Below are positions 28,011 through 38,003 of a DNA stretch of 64,000 nt, piece after piece; the first letter of the stretch is position 1, and every line of letters begins with the position of its first letter. The notes beneath the pieces are model-generated. The model saw nothing but the letters and a program-made list of their open reading frames with translations, made no database searches and was not told where the DNA came from. Origin of the DNA: Candidatus Poribacteria bacterium (GTDB taxonomy: Bacteria > Poribacteria > WGA-4E > PCPOR2b); contig OZ244042.1 in the NCBI GenBank assembly GCA_965215015.1, positions 4,160,001 to 4,224,000 on the forward strand. Direction: 5' to 3'. The position numbers were made by a program, and so were the translations under genes.

Positions 28011-28045
28011 TTGGTTGCTCTAATCGTTGGAGGCGGGTTGAATCA

Positions 28046-28729
28046 ATGTCCCCTCAAATGCTACTCCAGCAGATTAAAAATCGTTATCCCGTTGCAGAAA
28101 AGACTATCCCACTGATAACCCACCAAATCCGCATGGCGATAATCGATGATCCGGATCGGTTGCTTGATGCCTTGAGTAAGGAAGATCAGTGTGGGACGCT
28201 TCACCTTCCCTATTGGACTTACTTATGGCCCTCTGCAATCGGTCTGGCACGATATCTTGACCTAAGTCATGGATTTGCGGGGAAAAGGATTTTAGAGATT
28301 GGTTGTGGGTTAGGGCTTGCTGGGATTGTAGCATGTCAAAAGGGCGGCCTCGTTCTGTTCACAGACTATGAACCGGACACACTCGCTTTTGCTCGATATA
28401 ATGCTTTACAAAACAGGTGTGCGGATCGAGCCTCCTTTGTGCAAATGGACTGGAACACCCCCTGCTTGAAAGGCAAATTTTCACGCATCCTCGCCTCAGA
28501 TGTCATCTACGAAGACACACATTGGAATCCAATTCTGGCACTGCTTCAAACGCATCTTACCCCTGATGGGGAGGCCATCTTTTCCGAGCCTAATCGAACC
28601 AGTGCCTCTGGCTTCCTTAACCGAATCAGTCGTTATGGGTTTACATACACGAAACAGACCGATGACGTTGTTGGGTTGGACGGGGTAGTTTTCAAAATCT
28701 CCATCTATTGTGTCAGGCGAAACAGATAA
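28046..28729 (+). CDS. Methyltransf_16 (protein-lysine methyltransferase-like) SAM-dependent methyltransferase
   Basis: PYWTYLWPS, LEIGCGLGL, TDY, DWN, ASDVIY. Confidence 0.82.
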   Translation: MSPQMLLQQIKNRYPVAEKTIPLITHQIRMAIIDDPDRLLDALSKEDQCGTLHLPYWTYLWPSAIGLARYLDLSHGFAGKRILEIGCGLGLAGIVACQKGGLVLFTDYEPDTLAFARYNALQNRCADRASFVQMDWNTPCLKGKFSRILASDVIYEDTHWNPILALLQTHLTPDGEAIFSEPNRTSASGFLNRISRYGFTYTKQTDDVVGLDGVVFKISIYCVRRNR

Positions 28730-28794
28730 GGGTGCCCCCCCTACACGAAAAGGTTCAGAGGTTCATTCGTGAACCAATACACTGCTATCTATAC

Positions 28795-29043
28795 TCACTC
28801 AACCACTTCGTAACGCACATCAATATTAATCCTGTCCTCTAGTGCTTCCGTGAGCACTGTGAGCAATTCCTCATCACAGCCATTTTCTGCCAGAAAACTC
28901 AGGGCGTCTGGATCGATGTAATAATCCAGATCTTCGATACCTCCCTCCTCGAAGTTATCGATGAGAAACTGCACCTGATCTTCGGTAATAATCCCAATCT
29001 CGTCGCCGTGCTCGATATCCATCAGTCGATACATTTGGTCCAT
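28795..29043 (-). CDS. Small very acidic hypothetical protein (82 aa)
   Basis: ATG 29043 after GGAG RBS; GIITEDQVQFLIDNFEE...DYYID. Confidence 0.7.
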   Translation of the reverse strand: MDQMYRLMDIEHGDEIGIITEDQVQFLIDNFEEGGIEDLDYYIDPDALSFLAENGCDEELLTVLTEALEDRINIDVRYEVVE

Positions 29044-29059
29044 GATAATCTCCGAAGGC

Positions 29060-30586
29060 TTATTGGGGATAGGCGGCAAGATGTGCGCCCGGAGTCCCAT
29101 GCTGATAATCCCCATCACAGGCATTGAGCAGCCATTTACTCAGTCTATCAACGATTTCCGGATGCGCTGCAGCAATGTCATTCTCCTCCCGGTAATCCTG
29201 ATTCAGATTATATAGCTGAAAACGGCCCTCGCTGTTGATATAGCGCAATTTCCAATTGTCCGCTGTCACCAAAGCAGGACCTAGTCCAGAGGCATATACA
29301 ATGAACGGATGGGACTGTTGCTCCTCATCCCTCCCAAGTAATGTCGGTAAGAACGAAATTCCATCTTTGCCTTGAGGCAACTCCGCGCCAATGAGTTCGG
29401 CAAGCGTCGGCATGAAATCATAGTTTGTGAGGATATGGCTCGACAGACTACCGGGGTCAATCTTACCAGGCAAGCGGACAAGGTAAGGAATTCGAGTTCC
29501 CCCCTCCCAACTCGACCACTTCAAGCCAGCCATGCTGTCATTACCATTGAACACATCACCGCCCGTTTCAGAGTAAAACTTCGTTCTGATGTTATCAAAC
29601 GTCTCACCGTTCAGATTCTCTGTCCTTCCAGCAGTCCGCCCTTCTTGGATTGCATACACCTCATGCCCGTTATCCGAACAAAGCACAATCATCGTTCGAT
29701 CATCAATTCCCAACCGTTCGATCTCGTCCAAGACAATTCCAACGGTTTCATCGAGTTTGAGAATCATCGAAGCATATTCCTTTTCATATTCTGTCAGGTT
29801 TGGATTCTGCTTTACAGCTGGATGAATCTCAGGGATGGCGATGGGACCATGCGGCAATTGGGAGGGGTGATATAGAAAAAAAGGTTGATCCTTGTGCTTG
29901 CGAAGGAAGGCGATAATTTTTTCGTTGAAAACATCTTGAGAATACACCGCCTTGCCCTTCCGATTCGAGCGAATCGCTGCATTTTCAGGTGACTCTCCAT
30001 CCAGATGCACCCCACAGTCAGCCCGCGTATTGCCACGGATGTAAGCTAGCTCCCCATTCTCAAAGAGAAAGGGCGGATAAAAACCGTGACAACGCGCATG
30101 ATCATACCATCCATAATGATAGTCCCAACCATGGCGACGGATTCGGTCTCCTGTCGTATCGAATCCCCACTCTAGCTTGCCAATCTGTCCCGTCACGTAG
30201 CCTGCCTCTTGGGCAATCTGAGCGAGAAATACCTCATCGGGTCTTGCTTGGAGACCGGTTGTGTGGATCAGCTCCGTAATTTGCGCCAGTGCCATCTCAC
30301 CTGTGCTGAGTCTGTGATAGATGTTGCCTTGAGTATATGTCCAAGTACCCCGGTGGCAATCGTGGAGTCCTGTCATCATGCTCGCACGGGACGGCGCACA
30401 GAACGCACAACCGTAGGCTTGCCTAAATCGCATACCCTCACTAGCAAGACGGTCAATATTCGGCGTCTCAAAGTGCTGCTGTCCATAGCAACTGAGCATC
30501 CCGCGTCCGAGGTCATCGCCGTAGATGAAAATGACATTTGGCTTGTCCGTCATATCCGGCGTCTCCTTTCTGAAAGTAGTAGACAT
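29060..30586 (-). CDS. Arylsulfatase (formylglycine-dependent, S1 family)
   Basis: KPNVIFIYGDDLG, CAPSRASMMTG, GK, PH, SDNG, WEGGTRIP. Confidence 0.92.
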   Translation of the reverse strand: MSTTFRKETPDMTDKPNVIFIYGDDLGRGMLSCYGQQHFETPNIDRLASEGMRFRQAYGCAFCAPSRASMMTGLHDCHRGTWTYTQGNIYHRLSTGEMALAQITELIHTTGLQARPDEVFLAQIAQEAGYVTGQIGKLEWGFDTTGDRIRRHGWDYHYGWYDHARCHGFYPPFLFENGELAYIRGNTRADCGVHLDGESPENAAIRSNRKGKAVYSQDVFNEKIIAFLRKHKDQPFFLYHPSQLPHGPIAIPEIHPAVKQNPNLTEYEKEYASMILKLDETVGIVLDEIERLGIDDRTMIVLCSDNGHEVYAIQEGRTAGRTENLNGETFDNIRTKFYSETGGDVFNGNDSMAGLKWSSWEGGTRIPYLVRLPGKIDPGSLSSHILTNYDFMPTLAELIGAELPQGKDGISFLPTLLGRDEEQQSHPFIVYASGLGPALVTADNWKLRYINSEGRFQLYNLNQDYREENDIAAAHPEIVDRLSKWLLNACDGDYQHGTPGAHLAAYPQ

Positions 30587-30599
30587 ATTGCTTTGAATC

Positions 30600-30664
30600 T
30601 CCCGACCAATCGGGATTCCTCCGATTTATCGGAGTCCCTCGGAACGGAACCGATCTTATCGGGG
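30600..30664. repeat. Three short CCGA-N-TCGG palindromes in tandem
   Basis: TCCCGACCAATCGGGA, CCGATTTATCGG and CCGATCTTATCGG; related units near 15660 and 60062. Confidence 0.55.
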
Positions 30665-30786
30665 CTCCGTATGCTGTCACCCTTGTGCAAATTAGGGCAG
30701 CATACCTACTACAATATAAATCGCTTACCCTGTGAAGGCTAAATGAACCAATGAACTAGTTGTTTTTACGCTTCACGCTTCGCTAT

Positions 30787-31596
30787 TTATGTCCAACGAG
30801 TCACCATCTCGGTGCGTGGGTCTTCACCGCTACCAATCTCCTCATGACGAAACAGTTGTTTGGCGCGATCTGAAAGTGAATCGTAGATGTCCTTTTGAAT
30901 CCCAATTTGCGGGTACATTGTCTTGAACCATGACCGTGCATACATCAGGGCGATGTTCGGACGTGGCTCGTCAGAGACGTTAGGTGTACCGCGATGCCAC
31001 ATTCGCGCATCTCGAATGAGCAGAGATCCCGCCGGCATGAGGACCGGCTCTGAGTGCATGATTTTTGATATACTTTCGATATCAATTCCACTCGGCATCA
31101 GATGGGTGCCGCCGGGCCAAATCTCCATCGCCCCGTTCTCCTTACGAAACTCAACCAATGGAATGTCCAAAACAATACAGTAAACCGGTGATGGAGCGTC
31201 TATCTCTGGAAACAGTTGATGAATGTCGGAGTGTGTAGGTTGATAGTCCGATCCCGGAAGCGGCGTATTATTTCCTAGATAATGACAGATACAGTTTTCC
31301 CCTAGTAATGAATCAATCACTGAAAGAACAATTGGATGGCTTATGACATCTGGATGATTAAACGGTGCTCGAAATGGCAAGTGCATCTGCCACCGTTTGG
31401 CTCCACGGTTGGGTGGGTTTTTAGCCATATTTTCATTCAAAAGTTCCATATAGTGTGCGCGAAGTTCATCAACCAGATTTGGAGAAAGAACCGACTCGAA
31501 AACAACGTAGCCGTTCATTTTGATCTGCTGGATCGCAGCATCAAGTATCTCCGCATTCAGGATTTTCGTTTCACGTTCTTCAGTGCTTAGTTTCAT
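30787..31596 (-). CDS. PhyH-family dioxygenase (canonical HxD)
   Basis: NGYVVF, HSD, WPGGTH, WHRGTPN. Confidence 0.88.
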   Translation of the reverse strand: MKLSTEERETKILNAEILDAAIQQIKMNGYVVFESVLSPNLVDELRAHYMELLNENMAKNPPNRGAKRWQMHLPFRAPFNHPDVISHPIVLSVIDSLLGENCICHYLGNNTPLPGSDYQPTHSDIHQLFPEIDAPSPVYCIVLDIPLVEFRKENGAMEIWPGGTHLMPSGIDIESISKIMHSEPVLMPAGSLLIRDARMWHRGTPNVSDEPRPNIALMYARSWFKTMYPQIGIQKDIYDSLSDRAKQLFRHEEIGSGEDPRTEMVTRWT

Positions 31597-31652
31597 TGAG
31601 TCTCCTCTACAAACTATAGTTGCTGAAAAATGACGAGTTGCTTAACCTCAAT

Positions 31653-32579
31653 TCAGAGGCTAAAATCGGAGGGGCGCATTCCGCTTTTGAAAGTACCGAA
31701 ACCGAAGAAGGTCGGGTTATACTCGTCCACATAATCAACTTCGGTCTTGTCAGGAATCTGGTCTTCCAGTCCCATGCACCAGTAACAGGCGTTCACCAAC
31801 AGACGCCGCAAGCCCGCGTTTTCTATGTCTACTGAGGCTCCCATGGTGGTGCAGAATACGCGCGATGCTGTTCCTTGCTTAATCCACGCCAGCGGCATGG
31901 TAGGCGTGTCAGGCTTGGGCGGATCAGATGGTTCCATCCCGACAAGCACCTGACCGTGGACAAGCACTTGCGAATCACCCGTCAAGGTTGTGGTGCCATA
32001 AACATCGGTTGGCCCCCAGATGTTTTCGACCCCTTTCAGAATCGCATGGCCTTCCATTTCTCCATCAATGATGCCGCGTGTACTTTCTTTGCCGTGGTGG
32101 CCATGATGGTTAATCCACGTTTCGCCCAAAACTTGACGTCCGTACCCGCCATCAAACTCCTCACTGTTGAAACTGTATTTGGCATAGGGGCTTTGTAGAT
32201 TCCTAGTATAACTGAAAGCGTGCGTTGCTGTCCGCAAGCCCATAACCGGCTTACCCGAATTGGTATAATCAACAATATATTTCATCTGTTCATCGGGCAA
32301 TTCACGGAAGCGGGTGAAAAGCACCATCATGTCCGCAGTTGTGAGATTGTGGAGTCCGGGGATATTGGTTTGTTCCTCTGGATTGATTTCCCCTGTTTCT
32401 GTATCAATTGCAAAAAGCACCGTGCATTTGAACCCGTGATGGACGGACAGAATTTTCGCAAGCAGTGGGAGGGCTTCTTCGGAGCGATATTCCTCGTCGC
32501 CACTGATGAGCACGATATGTCTTCCTATGCCCGGTCCTTCATTGCCTTCATATACAATCCAATGTTCAGAATTTTCCAT
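31653..32579 (-). CDS. ThuA-like (class I glutamine amidotransferase-like) domain protein
   Basis: GDEEYRSEE, GLRTATHAF, HHG, P-LAW, FCTTMG. Confidence 0.8.
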   Translation of the reverse strand: MENSEHWIVYEGNEGPGIGRHIVLISGDEEYRSEEALPLLAKILSVHHGFKCTVLFAIDTETGEINPEEQTNIPGLHNLTTADMMVLFTRFRELPDEQMKYIVDYTNSGKPVMGLRTATHAFSYTRNLQSPYAKYSFNSEEFDGGYGRQVLGETWINHHGHHGKESTRGIIDGEMEGHAILKGVENIWGPTDVYGTTTLTGDSQVLVHGQVLVGMEPSDPPKPDTPTMPLAWIKQGTASRVFCTTMGASVDIENAGLRRLLVNACYWCMGLEDQIPDKTEVDYVDEYNPTFFGFGTFKSGMRPSDFSL

Positions 32580-32590
32580 GTCATTCTCCT

Positions 32591-33424
32591 CTATGGTGTT
32601 CGGTAGAGCTTTGACCCTTTGTCCTCCCTGCGGTAATGAGGTGCAGAGATAACTGCCTTTTGGGATTCGGTCAGTTCATCGTAAAACGGTGGCGGCGTGT
32701 AGTTACCCATCAATGATTCCCCCATAACCCCGGAGTTATAGCGGATAATCACTGAACGGCGCTGATGCTTGGCGGCCCACGGCAGCCCACCGTGCATCAG
32801 ACACTCGACAAACAGGATGGCATCGCCGGCCTTCGCGGGAATCGAGATGATTCGATCCTGGTATGTGTGATAGAGCCGAATGTCGTCCGGGCATGGAAAG
32901 TTCGCCTTGTGACTGCCGGGCAAACAAGCGAAACCACCATCTTCTGGACCCACATCGGTCAACTGAACTGCCATGTTTGTCATCCCACAATACATGCGGC
33001 CATTACGATAAAGGAACCCGCGCGAACGGTCAAACGGTTCGCTGCCTTCGTGGAACCAGAAACCTTCTGCCCCCTCATCCATCGTGATGATGCCGAGCCC
33101 CTCCAGTCGGGGCCCAGGTCCCAACAACTCCTCCAGATACGGCATGAGTCTGGGATGGGCAATCATCTGACGGAACACATCGCAGTGTGGTTTTTCCCAC
33201 GTCAACATGCCCCCCAGATCGCCACGGCCCATCGTGCCTCGCAGCGTTGTGGATCCGTTGGCGAGATCATTTGGACGGATCTGGATGTCATCTGCGTGAT
33301 GATCTACTGCCGCATTCGCCGCTGCCACCTCTTCGTGTGATAGAGCACCCTCTATCACCAAATAACCGTGCACATCGAATAGATACTTTTCTGCGTCTGT
33401 CATTGTCTTTTTCTCTCTTTCCAT
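32591..33424 (-). CDS. PhyH-family Fe(II)/2OG oxygenase (HxG variant)
   Basis: FDVHGYLV, FHEG, LPGSHK, AGDAILF, LMHG, RR. Confidence 0.85.
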   Translation of the reverse strand: MEREKKTMTDAEKYLFDVHGYLVIEGALSHEEVAAANAAVDHHADDIQIRPNDLANGSTTLRGTMGRGDLGGMLTWEKPHCDVFRQMIAHPRLMPYLEELLGPGPRLEGLGIITMDEGAEGFWFHEGSEPFDRSRGFLYRNGRMYCGMTNMAVQLTDVGPEDGGFACLPGSHKANFPCPDDIRLYHTYQDRIISIPAKAGDAILFVECLMHGGLPWAAKHQRRSVIIRYNSGVMGESLMGNYTPPPFYDELTESQKAVISAPHYRREDKGSKLYRTP

Positions 33425-33508
33425 GTTTTTATTTTAATGCAATCAAATTTTAGAAACTTGCTTTGCCCACCTTTTCGATGCTACTTGGTGGCCGCAGGGA
33501 TTAAGCTG

Positions 33509-34750
33509 CTACGGTCTAATCACCGTGCCATCAGCACGCCGGGCATCGCCCCACAGTTTAGGCCCGCCCACATCTTTGGCGGGGAAACGGGCAGCTAGTT
33601 CTTCGTTTATGTCCACTCCTATCCCGGGTTTGCCGTTGGGCCACATGTAGCCATTGTGTAGTTCAGGTGTTCCGGGGAATACCTCCTTCAAGGTCTCATG
33701 GGTATTCAAGTATACCGAAGCCTCCTGAATCCCGAAATTCCATACATTCATATCTAGCATCAGGTTGGCTGCGTGTCCAACCGGAGAGACATCGGCGGAA
33801 CCGTGCCATGCGGTGCGGACGTTGAATGCTTCGCACAACGCTGCCAACTTCCGCGCCGGTGTTAACCCTCCTATCGTCGAAACGTGGACACGGATGAAAT
33901 CGATCAGCCGGTCCTTAATCATCGGGACAATCTCTTGAGGGTTGCTATACAACTCTCCCATAGCGAGTGGGACGCTGGTTTGTTGGCGTACGAGGCGAAA
34001 ATAGTCGTTGTCTTCCGGCGCAAAAAGGTCTTCTAAGAAAAACGGTCTAAACTGCTCCAGCTCCTTTGCCAAAGCGAGTCCTTGAATAGGTAGCATACGT
34101 TCGTGCAGATCATACAGAATCTCTGGGGTTGGTCCAAAAATTGTACGGAAGTGTTCAAAAGCAGCCCTAACATCCTGAGCGTACGGTACTGGCTCAAAGA
34201 TGCTTACCCTGCTATCAGTAACTTTGTTAGTGATGACAACTGGTTCCTGATGAGGCTTATCCTGCGATGTTGAGGGATGCATCGAACCAAGCTTGAAGTG
34301 GCGAAACCCCCGTTCTTGGAGTTCGTGGATGTGTTCTTCGTACTCCACAAGGTCGCGTCCGGTGGGAATGATATACACCGCCGCAGCCTCTCTAGATTTA
34401 CCCCCGAACAATTCGTACACCGGCATTCCTGCCACCTTGCCCTTGATGTCCCATAGTGCTTGATCAACACCGCTTATGGCGTTGTTGAGAACGGGTCCAT
34501 AACGCCAATAGGCGGACACATTGCATGATTGCCATATATCCTCAATATCCGCAGGATCTTTGCCAACGAGAAAAGGGGTAAGATAATCGTTGACAGCTGC
34601 TGCCACGGCAGTAGGTCTTGAGAAAAATGAAGCACACCCCAAACCGTGCAGTTCAGGCTCGTTGGTCTCCACTTTCACAACGATGAGAGTACGTGCGCCC
34701 GGTGGCTGCGTGATAATCGCTCGAACATTGCGAATCTTCAGGTTGCTCAT
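33509..34750 (-). CDS. Enolase-superfamily sugar-acid dehydratase (RspA/ManD-like)
   Basis: GLGCA, YWRYGPV, DQALWDIKGK, DLHER, FFLED, MGEL, AWHG, NFGIQE. Confidence 0.88.
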   Translation of the reverse strand: MSNLKIRNVRAIITQPPGARTLIVVKVETNEPELHGLGCASFFSRPTAVAAAVNDYLTPFLVGKDPADIEDIWQSCNVSAYWRYGPVLNNAISGVDQALWDIKGKVAGMPVYELFGGKSREAAAVYIIPTGRDLVEYEEHIHELQERGFRHFKLGSMHPSTSQDKPHQEPVVITNKVTDSRVSIFEPVPYAQDVRAAFEHFRTIFGPTPEILYDLHERMLPIQGLALAKELEQFRPFFLEDLFAPEDNDYFRLVRQQTSVPLAMGELYSNPQEIVPMIKDRLIDFIRVHVSTIGGLTPARKLAALCEAFNVRTAWHGSADVSPVGHAANLMLDMNVWNFGIQEASVYLNTHETLKEVFPGTPELHNGYMWPNGKPGIGVDINEELAARFPAKDVGGPKLWGDARRADGTVIRP

Positions 34751-34797
34751 TCTGTACACCTTCTTCTATTAAAAAATGCGTTTAATCCTAACTAAGT

Positions 34798-34921
34798 GAG
34801 GGGGGCCTGGGCCCATCGTAGGGGCTTGGTTTCCAAGCTAGACAGGTTGGCAGCCCTACCCCCTACGCATGGAGAGGAGTTGAGAAGTATACGCATCAAA
34901 ATCTATTTACGAGCACCCCTC
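34798..34921. mobile_element. MITE family A copy, 124 bp, with 8-bp target duplication
   Basis: AACTAAGT|GAGGGG...TTACGAGCACCCCTC|AACTAAGT; left TIR eroded; REP-like GTAGGGGC...GCCCTAC inside. Confidence 0.7.
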
Positions 34922-34986
34922 AACTAAGTGGGTAACAACGATTGTTGTTCCGTACTACTCTTTTAATCCGAAGTAGACTTCACCCC

Positions 34987-35880
34987 CTATACACAACCGG
35001 GGAACTCACTGCCACGAATAAGGGGCCAACCGTTGACCGGTTCTGGCCCCACGAGACAGCCCAACTGCTTAATATGTTCAGTCTCCTCCGGTGTACCGAT
35101 ATAACGCGTCTCTGCCGAAACGTAGTGGATAGACCAACCGCGCCTGCGGTAAGGTGTTGTATTGGGACCGCTGCAATGCAATGCCAAGCTGTGATGGAAG
35201 GTAGCATCCCCTGCCTCAAGCGGCACTGACACCTCTTGTGCAAGGACATCTTCCGTCAACATGTAAGGTAGGTGATCCCAGTTGACCAGTCCAAAGTTGT
35301 GGCTGCCCGGAATAAAACGGACACAGCCGTTTTCCACGGTTGCATCGTCCAGCAAAAGCTGACAGGTGACCTGGAAATTGCTCGCAAAAAAGCTCCAGAA
35401 CACAGAATCCTGATGGTAGCGGTTGGCGCGCGCGTAAGGAGGCTTGGCGAACACCTGATCGTAGTAGAGCTTGATGTTTGGTCCCATCAGGTCAGCGATG
35501 ATAGCAACAATCTTCGGTGCCTGGACAAAGGCATCAAAAACAGAGTCATAACGAGAAGGCACGTTCACCTTGTTTATCGCATCGAGTGGATCTTTGATCG
35601 GTGCCTTACGCTGCACTTCGTAATTCTCTTCGCCTTTCGGAAAAACCTGAGTCCCGCGTCGATTGTGCTGCCCTCCATGGGGTATGGATGGTTCCAACGT
35701 CCCCACCTGTTGCGGATTGTGGCGAGAAATATGCCGCTCCGGAAAGTCAGGTGTGCCTCCCAATACAAGGTTGACATAGTGTTCCCGTAAGGCCTCCAGC
35801 TCATCGGGAGAAATTAGGTTCTTGACAAAGATATAACCATCTCGGAAGAACAAGTTTCTTTGTGCTTCGCTGAGTCCCAT
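34987..35880 (-). CDS. PhyH-family dioxygenase (canonical HxD)
   Basis: DGYIFV, FAKPP, HQD, NGCVRFIPGSH, LHCSGPN. Confidence 0.9.
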   Translation of the reverse strand: MGLSEAQRNLFFRDGYIFVKNLISPDELEALREHYVNLVLGGTPDFPERHISRHNPQQVGTLEPSIPHGGQHNRRGTQVFPKGEENYEVQRKAPIKDPLDAINKVNVPSRYDSVFDAFVQAPKIVAIIADLMGPNIKLYYDQVFAKPPYARANRYHQDSVFWSFFASNFQVTCQLLLDDATVENGCVRFIPGSHNFGLVNWDHLPYMLTEDVLAQEVSVPLEAGDATFHHSLALHCSGPNTTPYRRRGWSIHYVSAETRYIGTPEETEHIKQLGCLVGPEPVNGWPLIRGSEFPGCV

Positions 35881-35972
35881 ATTTATTCCTTCCCTTAAAA
35901 GTTAGTGGAGCGTGCAGCTACATTCCTGTTAATTTCAACGCTATCCCAATTCCATATAAATCTCTCCGAAAC

Positions 35973-36740
35973 TCAACCGACCTCACATAGCTGAACGGCT
36001 GCGCGTAGTCCCTCAATCGGATCGCCTTTCGGTATAAACTCATGACCTACATAGAGTGTATACCCCGTTTCTGCAATGGCTCGCATGATGGGAGGGTAGT
36101 TGATTTCCTGTTCTGCGTCCAAGTCGTGGCGACCGGGATTGCCTGCCGTGTGAAAGTGTCCGATATACTCGATATTATCTTGGATCGTGCGGATAATATC
36201 GCCTTCCATAATCTGCATGTGGTAGATGTCGTAAAGCAGTTTCGCTCTCGGCGAGTTGACACGCTTGCACACCTCTACACCCCACGCCGTGCTATCACAC
36301 TGATAATCGGGGTGATTGACCTTGCTGTTGAGCAATTCCAGGCAGAGATTAATCCCCTTCTCTTCGGCAGCTTTTGTAACGCGACTGAGCCCCTCTGCGA
36401 TAATATCGATGCCTTCTTCATCGGATAAACCTTCATAACGGTTGCCTGAGAAGGTGATGAGACCGGGAATATCATTTGCGGCGGCAAGTTCAATGTTTGC
36501 AAGGAGCTCATCTTCTATCCGATCGTGGTTCTCACGCTTGTTGAGTCCATCGGTCAGCGAGCTATGCCCAACAAAGGTGGCGATATCGAGGTCCAACTCC
36601 TTCACAAGAGGCCAATATTGCGGATCTACCAATTCGACCGCTGCTAAACCGACCTCAGCTGCGCCTCTGATAAATCCTTCAGGCGTCAAATCGCCTTGAA
36701 TGAAACTCCATCCTGTTGCGGATTGCTTAATTCGTGCCAT
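35973..36740 (-). CDS. Hydroxypyruvate isomerase family TIM barrel
   Basis: FSGNR, LELLNSKVNHPDY, LYDIYHMQIMEGD, HTAGNPGRH, GHEF. Confidence 0.88.
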   Translation of the reverse strand: MARIKQSATGWSFIQGDLTPEGFIRGAAEVGLAAVELVDPQYWPLVKELDLDIATFVGHSSLTDGLNKRENHDRIEDELLANIELAAANDIPGLITFSGNRYEGLSDEEGIDIIAEGLSRVTKAAEEKGINLCLELLNSKVNHPDYQCDSTAWGVEVCKRVNSPRAKLLYDIYHMQIMEGDIIRTIQDNIEYIGHFHTAGNPGRHDLDAEQEINYPPIMRAIAETGYTLYVGHEFIPKGDPIEGLRAAVQLCEVG

Positions 36741-36792
36741 ATTACTCTCCTTTATTCCCACTTCTTATTAAAAATGTGTCAAGCCCAAGGTT

Positions 36793-37644
36793 TCAAGATT
36801 GTTTGAGATAGGGTTGGACGATTTCTCGCTCAATAGCCAACCCCGCCCACTCATCGTCGCCGGGGCCATCATAGATAAGCGTATGCGGCCCAGAGAAACC
36901 GGCGTCCTGCGTCAGATCTAAGCACCGGATATAATCATCTTTGTCCATTTCACCGGGTGCCGGAAAATGAGCTTTGGTGTGGCAAGATTCCGCCCGTGGT
37001 GCGATTGCCTCGAAATCTGCGTACTTGGTTTCGCCTTCCCAGTTGCCAAAATCGAGGCAGAGCCCAACCTCTCCGTCTAAACGATTCAGCAACGTCAATA
37101 CGTTTTCTGGGGTTGAGAGGACGGAAAACCAATTCTCTGTCATCAAGCGGACGCCATTTGCTTCGGCGCGCTCTGCCAATTTTTGTAGTCCATTTCGGCT
37201 CATTTCCAACGCCTCTGCGGAGGGGGCCGCTTTTCCAGCAATCGCGCGAGCACAAGTGGCACCTAGCATCCCCGCAATCTCAATCCACTCACCTATCCAG
37301 ACGAGATCCCGATCTGCATGTTCGGGATGTGTAATATCGCCGTGATCGATTAATACGGAGAACAATTCAACATTTGCCGCCTCCAATGCACCGCGGAGTT
37401 CACTCAGATACCCCTTGTCCAGGCTCAGTATATGGAAGTGGCAGAGCTCTAGAGTGTTGATGCCGAATTCAGCGACGCGGGCGGGGACTTCTAGCAGCGA
37501 GAGCTCACCCCTGTCCTGCCTCGCAACAGGAATTTGCTTTCCATTTTCAGGCCCATAAAAATCGGGACGCCCGAGTTGACGATGTAGGCTCCAGGTCGAG
37601 ACGGACAGCCGAGGGCCTTGATTGGTCACGTTAGCATTTGCCAT
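36793..37644 (-). CDS. Sugar phosphate isomerase/epimerase
   Basis: STWSLH, ELCHFH, TENW, DFGNW, HTK. Confidence 0.82.
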   Translation of the reverse strand: MANANVTNQGPRLSVSTWSLHRQLGRPDFYGPENGKQIPVARQDRGELSLLEVPARVAEFGINTLELCHFHILSLDKGYLSELRGALEAANVELFSVLIDHGDITHPEHADRDLVWIGEWIEIAGMLGATCARAIAGKAAPSAEALEMSRNGLQKLAERAEANGVRLMTENWFSVLSTPENVLTLLNRLDGEVGLCLDFGNWEGETKYADFEAIAPRAESCHTKAHFPAPGEMDKDDYIRCLDLTQDAGFSGPHTLIYDGPGDDEWAGLAIEREIVQPYLKQS

Positions 37645-37734
37645 GGTTATTTCATTTCTCCTAGGGGAATTAGGGTCTATTGACGTTTAATCGTAGCTAG
37701 ATAATCGTGGAGGGGTCACAGCGGCTTGGACCGC

Positions 37735-37970
37735 CGTAGAGGTTGGGTTTCCCAACCCTTTGCTCACACATTAAAGCCGATTTCGGACCGCTGTCGGTCA
37801 ATTTTCCAAAATCGAAAATAGTGAGAACATCGCGCTATAGAATACCAGACACGATGGGACGATAACCTTGGCTCAATCCGACCGGATTATTGCGCGATAG
37901 GCAGGGTATTTTGTCGAGATATGAATCTTGACCTACACGCCCTATAGGTCGAGCATCTTGCTCAACCTCA
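37735..37970. repeat. REP-like palindrome cluster
   Basis: GTAGAGGTTGGG-TTT-CCCAACC; GTCGAGAT...ATCTTGACCTAC; TAGGTCGAGCA...TGCTCAACCT. Confidence 0.55.
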
Positions 37971-38003
37971 TGCCAATCCGTATCAGCAAAATGTCAACAC
38001 GCC

